From Thermodesulfobacteriota bacterium (GTDB taxonomy: Bacteria; Desulfobacterota_D; UBA1144; Nemesobacterales; UBA2774), in the NCBI GenBank assembly GCA_965216785.1, contig OZ244197.1, forward strand, positions 3,008,001-3,072,000: DNA of 64,000 bases, written 5' to 3'. Each line of letters starts with the position of its first letter. The first letter of the stretch is position 1. The notes under the pieces are model-generated. The model worked only from the letters and a program-made list of their open reading frames with translations, was not told the origin of the DNA and ran no database searches. A program made the position numbers and the translations under genes. Of this stretch, positions 30,210-40,474 are shown one piece after another.

Positions 30210-30419
30210 AAAAAATCCTCCGGGAACCCTTAAAATACAGGAGAGATATACCTAAAAATTAAAGATAGATCAAAAAACTTCCAGATAAAACCCTTTCCGG
30301 CAACTATGGTGGATACTTAAAAGAACGCCGTATTCAGTGAATCGCTAGATAGGCTGATTTTTAGAATCCCTGAGTAACTCCTACCCAATCCGGCAATTCG
30401 TAAACTCAGATTACATACT

Positions 30420-31871
30420 TCACTTGTGTTTAAGCCTAAATAGATCCAAATGCGCAAAATGTTTTTCAAGCTCGAAATCGTATGTACCGCTTAGGCCCTC
30501 TTTGATGTACTTTCGGTGTTTAGGGTTCGCACGCATCACGACCCAAACTCTTTTGTTACCCAGGTTTTTAAATGCCGGGAATTTGTCGGACAAAGGTACA
30601 ATTGTGATGTCGTCCCTCGTTTGATAATATTTGACAGATATATACCCCTGACCAGGCTGCAAAACTAGTACATCCCCATAGCCTGCACTATTTTCTATCT
30701 CGCTTACGACTTCCCGCCACTGCGGTTTAGTCACATTGTCGTAGTAAGTCTTCAGATTAGCCGTGGGAAGTATCAATAGAACTATCCCTATTACGAGTAC
30801 GGCCCATCTGCTACTCAGGCTGTCGATACCCTTTGAGGCAAGTAAATAGTAGGCAAGAATCGGACTTAAAGCATAGCGCGCAACGAACATCGGTGTGGAT
30901 ACGATAGAATAGATAAAAGGAATCAGTATGGGGACTGAAAACCAGAGAATAAGGAGATAGACCCTGTAGCCCGAAGATATCCCCGGCTCTGGGTTATCAT
31001 CTTCATGGGCTTTAAAAACTTTATTAATCCCGGGAATATTCGACATTCTCCGGATGCCTATTATCGCAACAAGTGCAAAAAGAACGAAGAGCACAAGAAG
31101 GTATAAAGAGCCTGAATACCGCACCATATTGTAATAGAGCAATATCAAAGTGGGTTCTTTAATCCAAAAAGATTCCTGCATAGCAGCATTCATTTTTAGA
31201 ATATGCATGAAGCCCGGCATGAAGGAAAAAACCAGAATCAACTGTAGGAATATCCATTGTTTTATAGTTATCTCACCAGCTTTTCGTTGTTTCAGAAATA
31301 GCGTAAGACAAAAAACATTCTGAGCTACTATGATGAAAAGACCATAGTAGTGTGTGTAAATCATCAAGATACCAGATACAAGGTAGAGAACATTGTAATA
31401 CATCCTTCTTCCTGCGGTTAGCTTGATGAGTGAATAAAAGAAAATGACAGAGAGCAGCGCCATCAACGCGTACGCCCTTGCTTCCTGCGAGTACTGTATA
31501 TGAAAAACCGAGACAGCAATTATAAGAGCGGCAACGATGCCGGCTCTTTTATTAAAGAGAAGTTTCCCCAGGACGTATACAGCAATTATCGAGGCCGAGC
31601 CGAATATGACGGACGGGAATCTTAAAGAAAATTCCGAATCCCCGAATGCCAGAACCCAGAAATGGAGTAAAACATAATACAAAGGAGGGTTAGATTCTTC
31701 TGAGTTGCCAAGAACAGAATTGATCAGATCCAATACACCTTTCTTCGAGATCATAGCGGAGAATGATTCGTCATACCAGAGGCTTTCGGCGGAAAGGTCA
31801 TAAATTCTAAGAACAAAACCTAGCGCGAAAATCAGGATTACCAGATAATTATCTTTAATGAATTTTAGCAA
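30420..31871 (-). CDS. GT-C membrane glycosyltransferase (GT39/ArnT/PMT_2-like), paralog 1
   Basis: SLWYDE, NPPLYY, SEFSLR, YSQEARAY and YTHY motifs; multiple TM segments. Confidence 0.88.
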   Translation of the reverse strand: MLKFIKDNYLVILIFALGFVLRIYDLSAESLWYDESFSAMISKKGVLDLINSVLGNSEESNPPLYYVLLHFWVLAFGDSEFSLRFPSVIFGSASIIAVYVLGKLLFNKRAGIVAALIIAVSVFHIQYSQEARAYALMALLSVIFFYSLIKLTAGRRMYYNVLYLVSGILMIYTHYYGLFIIVAQNVFCLTLFLKQRKAGEITIKQWIFLQLILVFSFMPGFMHILKMNAAMQESFWIKEPTLILLYYNMVRYSGSLYLLVLFVLFALVAIIGIRRMSNIPGINKVFKAHEDDNPEPGISSGYRVYLLILWFSVPILIPFIYSIVSTPMFVARYALSPILAYYLLASKGIDSLSSRWAVLVIGIVLLILPTANLKTYYDNVTKPQWREVVSEIENSAGYGDVLVLQPGQGYISVKYYQTRDDITIVPLSDKFPAFKNLGNKRVWVVMRANPKHRKYIKEGLSGTYDFELEKHFAHLDLFRLKHK

Positions 31872-32003
31872 GTTACACCATATACACGTACTTCTGACCT
31901 TAAATATAAGCTTAGAATGTCACATTAAACAGGATTTGTGATTTTTTAAACCTTAGAGATAATGCAACATCATTCTAACAGGTTAATTAGTTAAATGCGA
32001 GGA

Positions 32004-33482
32004 TTAAGGCCACTTATGTCTCAGCCTAAATAGGTCTAACTTCTCATAGTGTTTTTCAAGCTCAAAATTATATTTACCGCTAAGGCCTTCTCTGATGAGT
32101 TTTCTGTTAGTAGGGTGCGCATGCATCACAACCCAAACGCTTTTATTCCCCAGGTTTTTAAATGTCGGGAATCTTTCTGACAGAGGTACCAATGTGATGT
32201 CATCCCTGGTCTTATAATATTTCACGGATTTTTGCTCATGCTGAGGGTATACAACAATTATGTCCCCGTAACCCGCGCTGTTTTCTATCTCACTCATGAC
32301 TTCACGCCACTGGTGTTTATATGTGTTTTTGTAATAAGCATCAATATTCACTGTGGAAAGGATTAGGATAACAACACCTATTGTGAGAACTACCCATCTG
32401 TTTCTCAAACTATCAATACCCTTTGAGACAAGTAAATAGTAAGCGAGCGTTACACTTATGGCGTAGCGCGCAACGAACATAGGTGTGGATAAAACTGAGA
32501 TAACCATGGGAATTAAAATAGGGACCGCATACCAGAGCAATAGGAGATAGACCCTGTAACTCTGTGATATGCCAAGCCCGGGGTTAACATTTTCATTAGC
32601 CTTAAACACCCTCGTCATTCCCGGAATACCCGATATTCTCCGAAGTCCTATTATTGCAACAACAGCAAAGATAACAAACAGTACGAGAAGATATACAGAG
32701 CCGGAATAATAGACCAGATACTGACCGAGCATCTCAAGAGTGGGCTCCTCAATCCAAAAAGAGTTCTGCATGGATGCCCTCATCTTAAGCATATGCGAAA
32801 AACCGGGTATGAAGGTGAGAACAAGAATCAACTGCAGAAAAATCCACCGTTTTATACTTATTTCCCCTGTTTTTCTCTGTTTCAAAAATAGCGTGAGACA
32901 AAATATATTTTGTGCGGCTATGATGAAAAGACCGAAGTAGTGCGTGTATATCATCAGAATGCTCGAAACAAGATAGAGGACGCTGTAAAAAATGCTCCTT
33001 CGAGCAGTAAGCTTCATGAGCGAGTAATAAGAAATGATGGATAGCAGTGCGATCAACGCGTACGCCCTTGCTTCCTGTGAGTACTGTATATGAAAAACCG
33101 AGACAGCAATTATAAGAGCGGCTATAATGCCGGCTCTTTTATTAAAGAGAAGTTTCCCCAGGGCATATATCGCAATTATAGAGACCGAGCCGAGTATAAC
33201 AGACATCAATCTTACAGAGAATTCCGAATCTCCGAAGACCAGAACCCAGAAATGAAGTAAAACATAATATAAAGGGGGATTCTTTTCAGCTGCGTTGTTT
33301 AGAACAGAGTTTATGATTTCAAACGCACCTCTTTTTGAAATCATTACGGAAAAAGCTTCATCAAACCAGATACTTTCGGCGGAAAGATTATAAATTCTGA
33401 GAAAAAGACCGAGAGCTAATATCAGTAGAAGCAGATAGTTATCTTTAACGAATTTCAGCAATGCACCCCCAACTCCCATCAT
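32004..33482 (-). CDS. GT-C membrane glycosyltransferase (GT39/ArnT/PMT_2-like), paralog 2
   Basis: SIWFDE, NPPLYY and YSQEARAY motifs. Collinear with paralog 1 over the whole length. Confidence 0.88.
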   Translation of the reverse strand: MMGVGGALLKFVKDNYLLLLILALGLFLRIYNLSAESIWFDEAFSVMISKRGAFEIINSVLNNAAEKNPPLYYVLLHFWVLVFGDSEFSVRLMSVILGSVSIIAIYALGKLLFNKRAGIIAALIIAVSVFHIQYSQEARAYALIALLSIISYYSLMKLTARRSIFYSVLYLVSSILMIYTHYFGLFIIAAQNIFCLTLFLKQRKTGEISIKRWIFLQLILVLTFIPGFSHMLKMRASMQNSFWIEEPTLEMLGQYLVYYSGSVYLLVLFVIFAVVAIIGLRRISGIPGMTRVFKANENVNPGLGISQSYRVYLLLLWYAVPILIPMVISVLSTPMFVARYAISVTLAYYLLVSKGIDSLRNRWVVLTIGVVILILSTVNIDAYYKNTYKHQWREVMSEIENSAGYGDIIVVYPQHEQKSVKYYKTRDDITLVPLSERFPTFKNLGNKSVWVVMHAHPTNRKLIREGLSGKYNFELEKHYEKLDLFRLRHKWP

Positions 33483-33509
33483 TTTTCGCTGGGAACTGGA
33501 ATTAAACTG

Positions 33510-34565
33510 TTATGGCTTAACTAAAACTTTAATCGCATTATCAATTCTCTTGTCCATCAACTCGTAACCCCTGGGCGTCTCCTCTAAAGGCAGTCTGTGC
33601 GTAAGGACAAGGGTCGGGTCCAAACGGCCGTCCTCTACATGTTTCATCAAAGTAGGCATATAGGCTCTTGTAGGAGCAACTCCTCCGCGCAAATGAAGAT
33701 TCCTCAGGTAAAAGTCGGTTATATTCAGCGGGAATGGCTCCCAGAAAAGGCCCGTGATCGATACCGTACCACCAGGCCTGGTCAATTCGAGACAGGATTG
33801 CAGCGAATCCGTATTTCCCACACACTCAACAATGACGTCTGCGCCGCGCCCATCAGTCATATTCCTGACAATTTCAGATGCGTCCTCATTTTTTGAGTTA
33901 ATTACCTTAGTCGCTCCATACTTACTGGCTATGTCCAGTCTGTAGTCATGATGACCGACGGTTATTAGCTGCCCGGGCTCAAACAGAGTCGCAGCATACG
34001 TGGCGAACAATCCAACAGCCCCGTCTCCGTAAACCACCACGGTGTCCCCCGGCTTAATATCTCCGTTTAACGATCCGTGATAACCAGTGCATACATTATC
34101 TCCCAAAAGTAATGTCTTTTCGTCATAGCTGTCATCAGACAAGCTTTCGGGAGCCTTAACTAAAGTACCCTCTGCGTTGGGAACCCTCACATACTCCGCC
34201 TGACAGCCGCCCAGACCGCCAAGCAGGTCTCCGAAACCAAAACAAGCGCCTTGGACGCAGGAAGTGTGTAGGCCTTTCTCACAATAATAACATTTGTTAC
34301 AGCTGCACCAGAAAGGGCCTATCACTTTATCGCCCTTCTTAAGGTCTTTAACTTCGCTCCCGACCTCTTCGACCCTGCCCACAAATTCATGACCAACCGT
34401 ATCGCCTTCGTTTAACTGGAAGTGCCCTCTGTAGATGTGCAGATCAGAGCCACAGATTCCCCCGCTGGTTATTTTCACGATTACGTCCTTTGGATCTGTT
34501 ATAACCGGATCCGGAACATTATCTACCTCTACCTTATTAAGCCCTTTATACACTGTTGCTCTCAT
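33510..34565 (-). CDS. Zinc-dependent alcohol/formaldehyde dehydrogenase (MDR family)
   Basis: ICGSDLH, GHEFVG, CNKCYYC...C and G.GAVG motifs. Confidence 0.92.
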   Translation of the reverse strand: MRATVYKGLNKVEVDNVPDPVITDPKDVIVKITSGGICGSDLHIYRGHFQLNEGDTVGHEFVGRVEEVGSEVKDLKKGDKVIGPFWCSCNKCYYCEKGLHTSCVQGACFGFGDLLGGLGGCQAEYVRVPNAEGTLVKAPESLSDDSYDEKTLLLGDNVCTGYHGSLNGDIKPGDTVVVYGDGAVGLFATYAATLFEPGQLITVGHHDYRLDIASKYGATKVINSKNEDASEIVRNMTDGRGADVIVECVGNTDSLQSCLELTRPGGTVSITGLFWEPFPLNITDFYLRNLHLRGGVAPTRAYMPTLMKHVEDGRLDPTLVLTHRLPLEETPRGYELMDKRIDNAIKVLVKP

Positions 34566-34760
34566 TTTATATAGCCTCCGTAATGCTTTACTTCCATATA
34601 TTTAAGCTACATAAAACGAAAGTCTTTATCAATTCGTATACCAATCCGAAACAAAAAAGGGCTTTGATAGGGATTTTACATAATGGTACTATTTAGTAGT
34701 CAAGTTTCATAAACCATACGGATAGACTATAGATAGAGCTACATATAGTGAGGAGTCGAA

Positions 34761-37199
34761 ATGAGAAAGGTACAGGAACTAAAACCCGCTCAGGCTTACA
34801 AAGTTTGCGATTTAAGCACACTTGGGTTTAAAACGACAGATGAGCTACCCCCATGCACGGATTTCATAGGACAAAACAGAGCTGTAGACGCTATTCATTT
34901 CGGCCTTGGAATCGAATACGCGGGCTACAATCTATATCTCTCGGGTCCGACCGGGGTAGGAAAAACAACAACCATAGAAAGGATACTTTCAACAGTAGCC
35001 AAAGATAAACCCACTCCTCATGACTGGTGCTACGTATATAACTTCCGTGATGCCAACGAGCCTAAAGCAATTGAGCTTCCTCAGGGGAAAGGGAAGGTTT
35101 TTAAAAAAGATATGGACGATTTCCTGAATGTCCTCAAGACCGATATTCCAAGAGCCTTTGAAAGTAAGGAATTTGAAGAACAGAAGCAGTCTATTTTAAA
35201 TGAGTTTCAGAAACAAAAAAATATACTCTACGACAAACTCCAGAAAACGGCGGGTGAAAGCAACATTCAGGTGCAGTTCTCACCAACGGGAATCATCACA
35301 ATCCCTTTGATTGAAGGAAAACCTGTAACACAAGAAAACTATAACGCTCTGGATGAAGCGACGAAGGAAGAGATAAAGAAAAAGAAGGAAAAAATCGATA
35401 TAAAGGTCGCCGAATCACTAAAAGACGCGCGCAAGCTCGACCAAGAAGCAATGGACAAGGTAAAAGAGCTTGAGAAAAAGGTCGCCCTTTTCTCGGTGAG
35501 AGACCTAATTGATAATTTAAGAGAGAAATATAAAAGCCACCCGAAAGTAATAGACCATTTTGATCAGATACAAAAACATATACTCGAGAATATAGACAAT
35601 TTCCTGCCCAGTAAAAACATGCCCCAGGGCGGCATGATGCCTTTCAGCATGCCTAAGCAGGAGCCTATGTTTACTGAATACAAAGTCAATGTGTTTATCG
35701 ATAATTCTGACACACAGGGGGCTCCCATTATTTTCGAGGCCCACCCGACCTATATAAACCTGTTCGGATCCATAGAAAAAGAAGCCAGGTTCGGAGCTCT
35801 CGTAACCGACTTCACAATGATACGTGCAGGCTCTCTTGCAAAGGCGGACGGAGGGTATCTGGTGCTAGACGCGCTTGATATATTCAAATACCCCTACGTT
35901 TGGGATTCTCTTAAAAAAGCGCTGGAAAATGAAGAGCTCAGGATCGAGGACCTTTATCAGCAATACGGTTTTACAAGCACCGTGGGTATTAGACCCGAAC
36001 CCGTAAAACTACAGGTAAAGGTAATAATTGCCGGCAACTCCTACCTCTACCAGATGCTCTACGCGTACGACGAGGACTTCAGAAAGCTCTTTAAAGTAAA
36101 GGCGGACTTTGACTCGGTAGTTGAAAGAAACGATGAGTCAGTCAACTCATACTCGTGCTTTATCAAATCAATTTGTGATGGTGACGGCCTAAAACCCCTT
36201 GACAGAAGCGGCGTCGAGACGTTGATAGAATACTCTTCCAGGATCGCGGGCGACCAGAACAAGCTCTCTGTAGAGCTCGGGGGGATTACAAAAATACTTA
36301 AAGAGGCAGACTACTGGGCCAAAATGGATAACGGCAGCGAGCTTACAAAGAGGGAGCACGTAGAGAAAGCGATTGACGAGAAGATATACAGGTCGAATAT
36401 GGTAGAGGAAAAGATACGAGAGATGATCTCAAAGGGGATCATCATGGTGGATACGGAAGGGGTGGCAGTCGGGCAGATAAACGGCCTTGCGGTTTACAAC
36501 ATGGGGGACTACGCGTTCGGACGACCTTCCAAGATATCGTGTGAAACATATATGGGCACAGAAGGCGTAATGAACATAGAAAGAAAGGCGAGACTTAGCG
36601 GCAATATCCACGATAAAGGCGTACTCATACTAAGCGGTTACATAGGTAGCACCTATGCACAGAAAAAACCGCTCAGCCTCTCTGCCAGCATCGGATTTGA
36701 GCAGAGCTATGACGTAATAGACGGCGACAGCGCCTCTGCAGCGGAGCTTATTGTTCTGTTCTCCAGCCTCTCTGGTGTTCCAATCAAACAGAGCCTCGCT
36801 ATCACAGGCTCAGTCAACCAAAAAGGACAGATTCAGCCGATCGGCGGAGTTAACGAAAAAATTGAGGGGTTCTACCAGGTTTGTAAGACAAAGGGGTTCA
36901 CAGGCGAGCAGGGAGTTGTAATTCCCCATCAAAACGTCAGAAACTTGATGCTCAAAAAACAAGTTGTGCAGGATATTAAAAATGGTAAGTTTCACGTATA
37001 TCCAGTTGAAACAATCGATCAAGCCCTAGAGATACTAACCGGCAAAGAGGCCGGCGCTAGAGGCGCGAGCGGAAAATTCAAGAGAGGATCTGTGAATTAC
37101 CTGGTAGATAAAAAATTAAAAGAATATGCTGAAGACTATAGAAAATTTGGCAGACTGGGCGCCGGCAAAAAGAGTAACGGCTCAAGCTCAGAGACCTAA
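34761..37199 (+). CDS. LonC-type Lon-like protease (S16)
   Basis: IGQNRA, GPTGVGKT, GQINGL, DGDSAS (catalytic Ser) and GGVNEKIEGF (catalytic Lys). Walker B is degenerate (YLVLDA). Confidence 0.92.
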   Translation: MRKVQELKPAQAYKVCDLSTLGFKTTDELPPCTDFIGQNRAVDAIHFGLGIEYAGYNLYLSGPTGVGKTTTIERILSTVAKDKPTPHDWCYVYNFRDANEPKAIELPQGKGKVFKKDMDDFLNVLKTDIPRAFESKEFEEQKQSILNEFQKQKNILYDKLQKTAGESNIQVQFSPTGIITIPLIEGKPVTQENYNALDEATKEEIKKKKEKIDIKVAESLKDARKLDQEAMDKVKELEKKVALFSVRDLIDNLREKYKSHPKVIDHFDQIQKHILENIDNFLPSKNMPQGGMMPFSMPKQEPMFTEYKVNVFIDNSDTQGAPIIFEAHPTYINLFGSIEKEARFGALVTDFTMIRAGSLAKADGGYLVLDALDIFKYPYVWDSLKKALENEELRIEDLYQQYGFTSTVGIRPEPVKLQVKVIIAGNSYLYQMLYAYDEDFRKLFKVKADFDSVVERNDESVNSYSCFIKSICDGDGLKPLDRSGVETLIEYSSRIAGDQNKLSVELGGITKILKEADYWAKMDNGSELTKREHVEKAIDEKIYRSNMVEEKIREMISKGIIMVDTEGVAVGQINGLAVYNMGDYAFGRPSKISCETYMGTEGVMNIERKARLSGNIHDKGVLILSGYIGSTYAQKKPLSLSASIGFEQSYDVIDGDSASAAELIVLFSSLSGVPIKQSLAITGSVNQKGQIQPIGGVNEKIEGFYQVCKTKGFTGEQGVVIPHQNVRNLMLKKQVVQDIKNGKFHVYPVETIDQALEILTGKEAGARGASGKFKRGSVNYLVDKKLKEYAEDYRKFGRLGAGKKSNGSSSET

Positions 37200-37203
37200 C
37201 TCC

Positions 37204-37950
37204 CTAGCGTGAGGGGAGTGTATGTCTTTTTTTATTATATCCGAATAAGCTCACAAAACCTCCGAACGCCGCATCGCTAAGCTTTTTTAGGCGCTCGATA
37301 TACTCCTGCGTATCCTCCATGATAACACCAGGGTCTATCTTGCCGTTAAGGGCTTCTATCTCCTTTTTATTTGCGGGAACGTTAAGCCAGCGCTCGATCA
37401 TAGGCTCATCTACTTCAAGGTGAAACTGAAAACCGTATATATTGTCTCCCAAGCGAAACGCCTGGTTCTCGCATAATGGAGAAGACGCCAAGCGCACCGC
37501 GTCCTCGGGAATTTCAAAGGTATCCCCGTGCCACTGAAATATCTTTTCGACCCCGGAAAATGTAGACATTAGCGGGTCAGAGGCTCCTTCTTCGGTGGGA
37601 GATACATCGTACCACCCTATTTCCTTCTCAGGATTCTTTTTGACTTTTGCCCCGAGGGCTTTTGCCAGGAGCTGGGACCCAAGACATATCCCGAGTATAG
37701 GGAAGCCCCTTTCCATAGCGTCTTTAATAAGCCTGACTTCGGTTTCTAAGAACGGATAGTCCCCCGTCTCATCTACGTTCATCGGTCCCCCGAGAACTAT
37801 GAGACCCTCATATCCCTCAAGGCTCGGCTCAGCATCGGGGTAGCGCTCGAAATTTACGTACTTGATCCTGAAACCCGCGTTTCTTAAAAGCGGGTCCAGA
37901 GTACCGAGTATTTCATATGCAACATGCTGAAAAACGAGTATTTTAGCCAA
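37204..37950 (-). CDS. Class I glutamine amidotransferase-like protein
   Basis: LGGPM, GICLGSQ, FQWHGD and QFHLE motifs. Confidence 0.9.
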   Translation of the reverse strand: MAKILVFQHVAYEILGTLDPLLRNAGFRIKYVNFERYPDAEPSLEGYEGLIVLGGPMNVDETGDYPFLETEVRLIKDAMERGFPILGICLGSQLLAKALGAKVKKNPEKEIGWYDVSPTEEGASDPLMSTFSGVEKIFQWHGDTFEIPEDAVRLASSPLCENQAFRLGDNIYGFQFHLEVDEPMIERWLNVPANKKEIEALNGKIDPGVIMEDTQEYIERLKKLSDAAFGGFVSLFGYNKKRHTLPSR

Positions 37951-38052
37951 CTAAATGTACCTTCCCTTGTGGATATTCCCGAAACTTTCAATCGAGAATA
38001 TTACCCTGTTCATTTGCTTATGGAAATTTATTACAAGTAACAGCGGGCGGAT

Positions 38053-38083
38053 AAAAAAAGAGACGGCACTCGGGCCGCCTCTT
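38053..38083 (-). terminator. Rho-independent terminator
   Basis: On the minus strand, AAGAGGCGGC-CCGAGT-GCCGTCTCTT followed by a U-run, downstream of the 38133-38591 gene. Confidence 0.75.
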
Positions 38084-38132
38084 AATTTTAAGAATTTCGA
38101 ATTAATATCCCATCCGTATTGCAGGGCGGAAT

Positions 38133-38591
38133 TTACTCTCCTTTTAGATACTTCACAACATCTTCCTGTATAGACTCGTCTACCAGCTCTCTCCAATCAT
38201 CATTTCCTTCTGTGATCGAAGATCTGATCTTGGTAGCCGAAACCCAGCCTATGTTCTCAGGCGGGAAGAATTCGTTCATCTCGTAACCTACTCCCCTACC
38301 CCAGTTAACAGACTCGATGTCCGGGATTATCATCACAACTACGTCATCCCCCTTACTCTCATGATACTTTCTGATCATATCAACAGTCTGCTCTGTGGTA
38401 AAAGGGTTTTTCTCGTCCGGGGGAATATCTCTAACCATGATAAGACATGGTACACCCCTGTCTAGTTTCTGTTTAACAAGCGTTACGTGCCCGATATGAT
38501 AAGGCTGGTATCTGCCTATAAATATTGCCCTTTTGCTATTATCAGGAGCAATTTCCGGATGCCCGTGATTTGTAACATTCCATTCACTCAT
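38133..38591 (-). CDS. Cytidylyltransferase-like (HxGH) nucleotidyltransferase
   Basis: FIGRYQPYHIGH, EKNPFT, GRGVGY and SATKIR motifs. Confidence 0.85.
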   Translation of the reverse strand: MSEWNVTNHGHPEIAPDNSKRAIFIGRYQPYHIGHVTLVKQKLDRGVPCLIMVRDIPPDEKNPFTTEQTVDMIRKYHESKGDDVVVMIIPDIESVNWGRGVGYEMNEFFPPENIGWVSATKIRSSITEGNDDWRELVDESIQEDVVKYLKGE

Positions 38592-38744
38592 TTAATTCAC
38601 CTCTCAATTATTTTCAAGATTTTGCTTCGGTATTACATAGAATAGATTAACTCTATAAGAAACATATCCAACTCATACCCCAGCAATCAGGATGTTGATT
38701 ATACCAGTTGGAGTACTTTTTTCAATCCGGAGCACTCTGCTGCA

Positions 38745-39371
38745 CTAGAGCATTTTCGCAATGGTTTTCTTCACGGCTCTTGCGAGTTTATGATGCTCCC
38801 CGGGCTCTAGATGAACACCGTCCGCAGTGCTCGTCTTAACATGCTTTGAAGAATCGAGGAATTCTACACCAGAGGTCTTAGCGCCGACTTTATAAAGTCC
38901 CGAAAGCTCTTTTGATATCTTCTCCCTTCCCTTGAAAAACAGATCCATAAGCGGGGACAGCTGCCCAAGCGGTGGAGGGGAAATCAGTAAAATCTCGGGA
39001 GCGCCGAATCCAGGACCTGCATGGCTCTTCTGGATTTTCCAGACTAGGGATAAACAGGCTGTTGTTATATTTCTAGCGTTGTAATCAAACCCAAGCCATA
39101 AGTCGTTTGTGCCGAGCATAATAATTACTATGTCAATGGGCGTGTGTGTATCGAGCACCATTTCCAGAACCTCAGCGCCGTTTCTACCTGGTAGAAACGG
39201 GCTGTCAGAATTTATAGTTCTGCCCGGAAGCGCCTCCTCTACTACCCGCACCTGCCCGTTCATTTCAAGCTCTAGTATTCCCGGCCAGCGTTGATCAAAT
39301 GCATACCTGGTCCCGTCATCAGGGTTATACCCCCAAGTAACCGAATCGCCGAAGCAAAGAACTGTTTTCAT
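38745..39371 (-). CDS. SGNH/GDSL hydrolase (arylesterase-like)
   Basis: CFGDSVTWG, GRT, MLGTND and DGVH motifs. ATG at 39371 follows AAGGGG. Confidence 0.92.
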   Translation of the reverse strand: MKTVLCFGDSVTWGYNPDDGTRYAFDQRWPGILELEMNGQVRVVEEALPGRTINSDSPFLPGRNGAEVLEMVLDTHTPIDIVIIMLGTNDLWLGFDYNARNITTACLSLVWKIQKSHAGPGFGAPEILLISPPPLGQLSPLMDLFFKGREKISKELSGLYKVGAKTSGVEFLDSSKHVKTSTADGVHLEPGEHHKLARAVKKTIAKML

Positions 39372-39411
39372 GATTTTTCCCCTTAGTGATTTCAATTAGT
39401 AGACTTTATAT

Positions 39412-40098
39412 CTAATCTGTTTCGCGCCAACTACCCTTTTTAGTCTCTTTTTCCAAACTCTTATCAAGCATATTTAAAAACGACTCCCTGTCCACCTCTC
39501 TTCCGCCCATACTCTTCATATGATCATTAGGCACCTGTGAGTCTATGAAATCAAAATCCCAACTCTTAAGTCTTTCAACCAGGTAATATAGCGCTATTTT
39601 AGACGCGTTACTCTTATCATAAAACATCGATTCCCCGAAAAATGCTCCGCCTAGAGAAACTCCGTATAACCCGCCAACGAGTGCGCCCTCATGGTATGTC
39701 TCGACACAATGAGCATAACCCCTTTTGTGAAGCTCGCAGTACGCCTCGATCATTTCATCCGTTATCCATGTGCCGTCCTGTCCCTTACGGCCTTTTTTAG
39801 CGCAGCTTTGAACAACTTCATTAAATGAAGTATCGAACTTCACCATGAACTCGCCCTGCCTGATGATCTTTTGTAATTTTTTTGTAACACTAAGCTCGTC
39901 CAAGAAAATAACTAGCCTGGGGTCGGGCGAAAACCAAAGGATCGGATCACCCTCAGAAAACCATGGGAAGATACCGCTCTTATATGCTGTAATGAGCCTC
40001 TCTGTGCTCAGGTCACCTCCAACTGCAAGCAGACCGTTTGACTCTGCGTGCACAGGGTGAGGGAATCTGATTGAATCATCGAGCAGAAAAACAGGCAT
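39412..40098 (-). CDS. aat: Leucyl/phenylalanyl-tRNA-protein transferase
   Basis: GLLAVGGDLS, GIFPW, WFSPDPR, LVGGLYG and FFGESMF..ASK motifs. Confidence 0.97.
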   Translation of the reverse strand: MPVFLLDDSIRFPHPVHAESNGLLAVGGDLSTERLITAYKSGIFPWFSEGDPILWFSPDPRLVIFLDELSVTKKLQKIIRQGEFMVKFDTSFNEVVQSCAKKGRKGQDGTWITDEMIEAYCELHKRGYAHCVETYHEGALVGGLYGVSLGGAFFGESMFYDKSNASKIALYYLVERLKSWDFDFIDSQVPNDHMKSMGGREVDRESFLNMLDKSLEKETKKGSWRETD

Positions 40099-40192
40099 AG
40101 AGAAATTTTATACTCAATTTAGAAATTCTAAAGTCCTTTGTTATAGCCCTGCATTAAAGTATATATTGAGCTCAATATGCTCCTATATTTCC

Positions 40193-40474
40193 TTATAACT
40201 CGCTGTGACCCAGATCTTTTTCGGGAGCAGTAATGTCGCGGACAATCTTTTTTAACTCTTTTATATCGGGGAAGCGTCCCTTGTCTTTTCTACTCCACAC
40301 GAGCTCGTCATCGACCCTTACTTCAAATATGCCCCCGGTACCCGGTGAAAGGGAAACTTCCTCTATCTCCTGCGCGAATGTCGTCAGAATCTCCTGGGCC
40401 ATCCAGCTTGCTCTCAGAAGCCAGCCGCACTGCTGGCAGTAGGTTATGTTAATCCTGCTCCCCGTTTTCTCCAT
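40193..40474 (-). CDS. SelT/SelW/SelH (Rdx) family protein
   Basis: YCQQCGWLLRASWMAQE, PGTGGIFEV and GRFP motifs. Confidence 0.92.
   Translation of the reverse strand: MEKTGSRINITYCQQCGWLLRASWMAQEILTTFAQEIEEVSLSPGTGGIFEVRVDDELVWSRKDKGRFPDIKELKKIVRDITAPEKDLGHSEL

Noticed and set aside
34761-37199. Lon protease with a degenerate Walker B as a novelty
   Set aside because: This is the known LonC-type architecture.
40193-40474. Possible selenoprotein (SelW-like)
   Set aside because: The motif is CQQC with ordinary Cys codons and there is no in-frame TGA.
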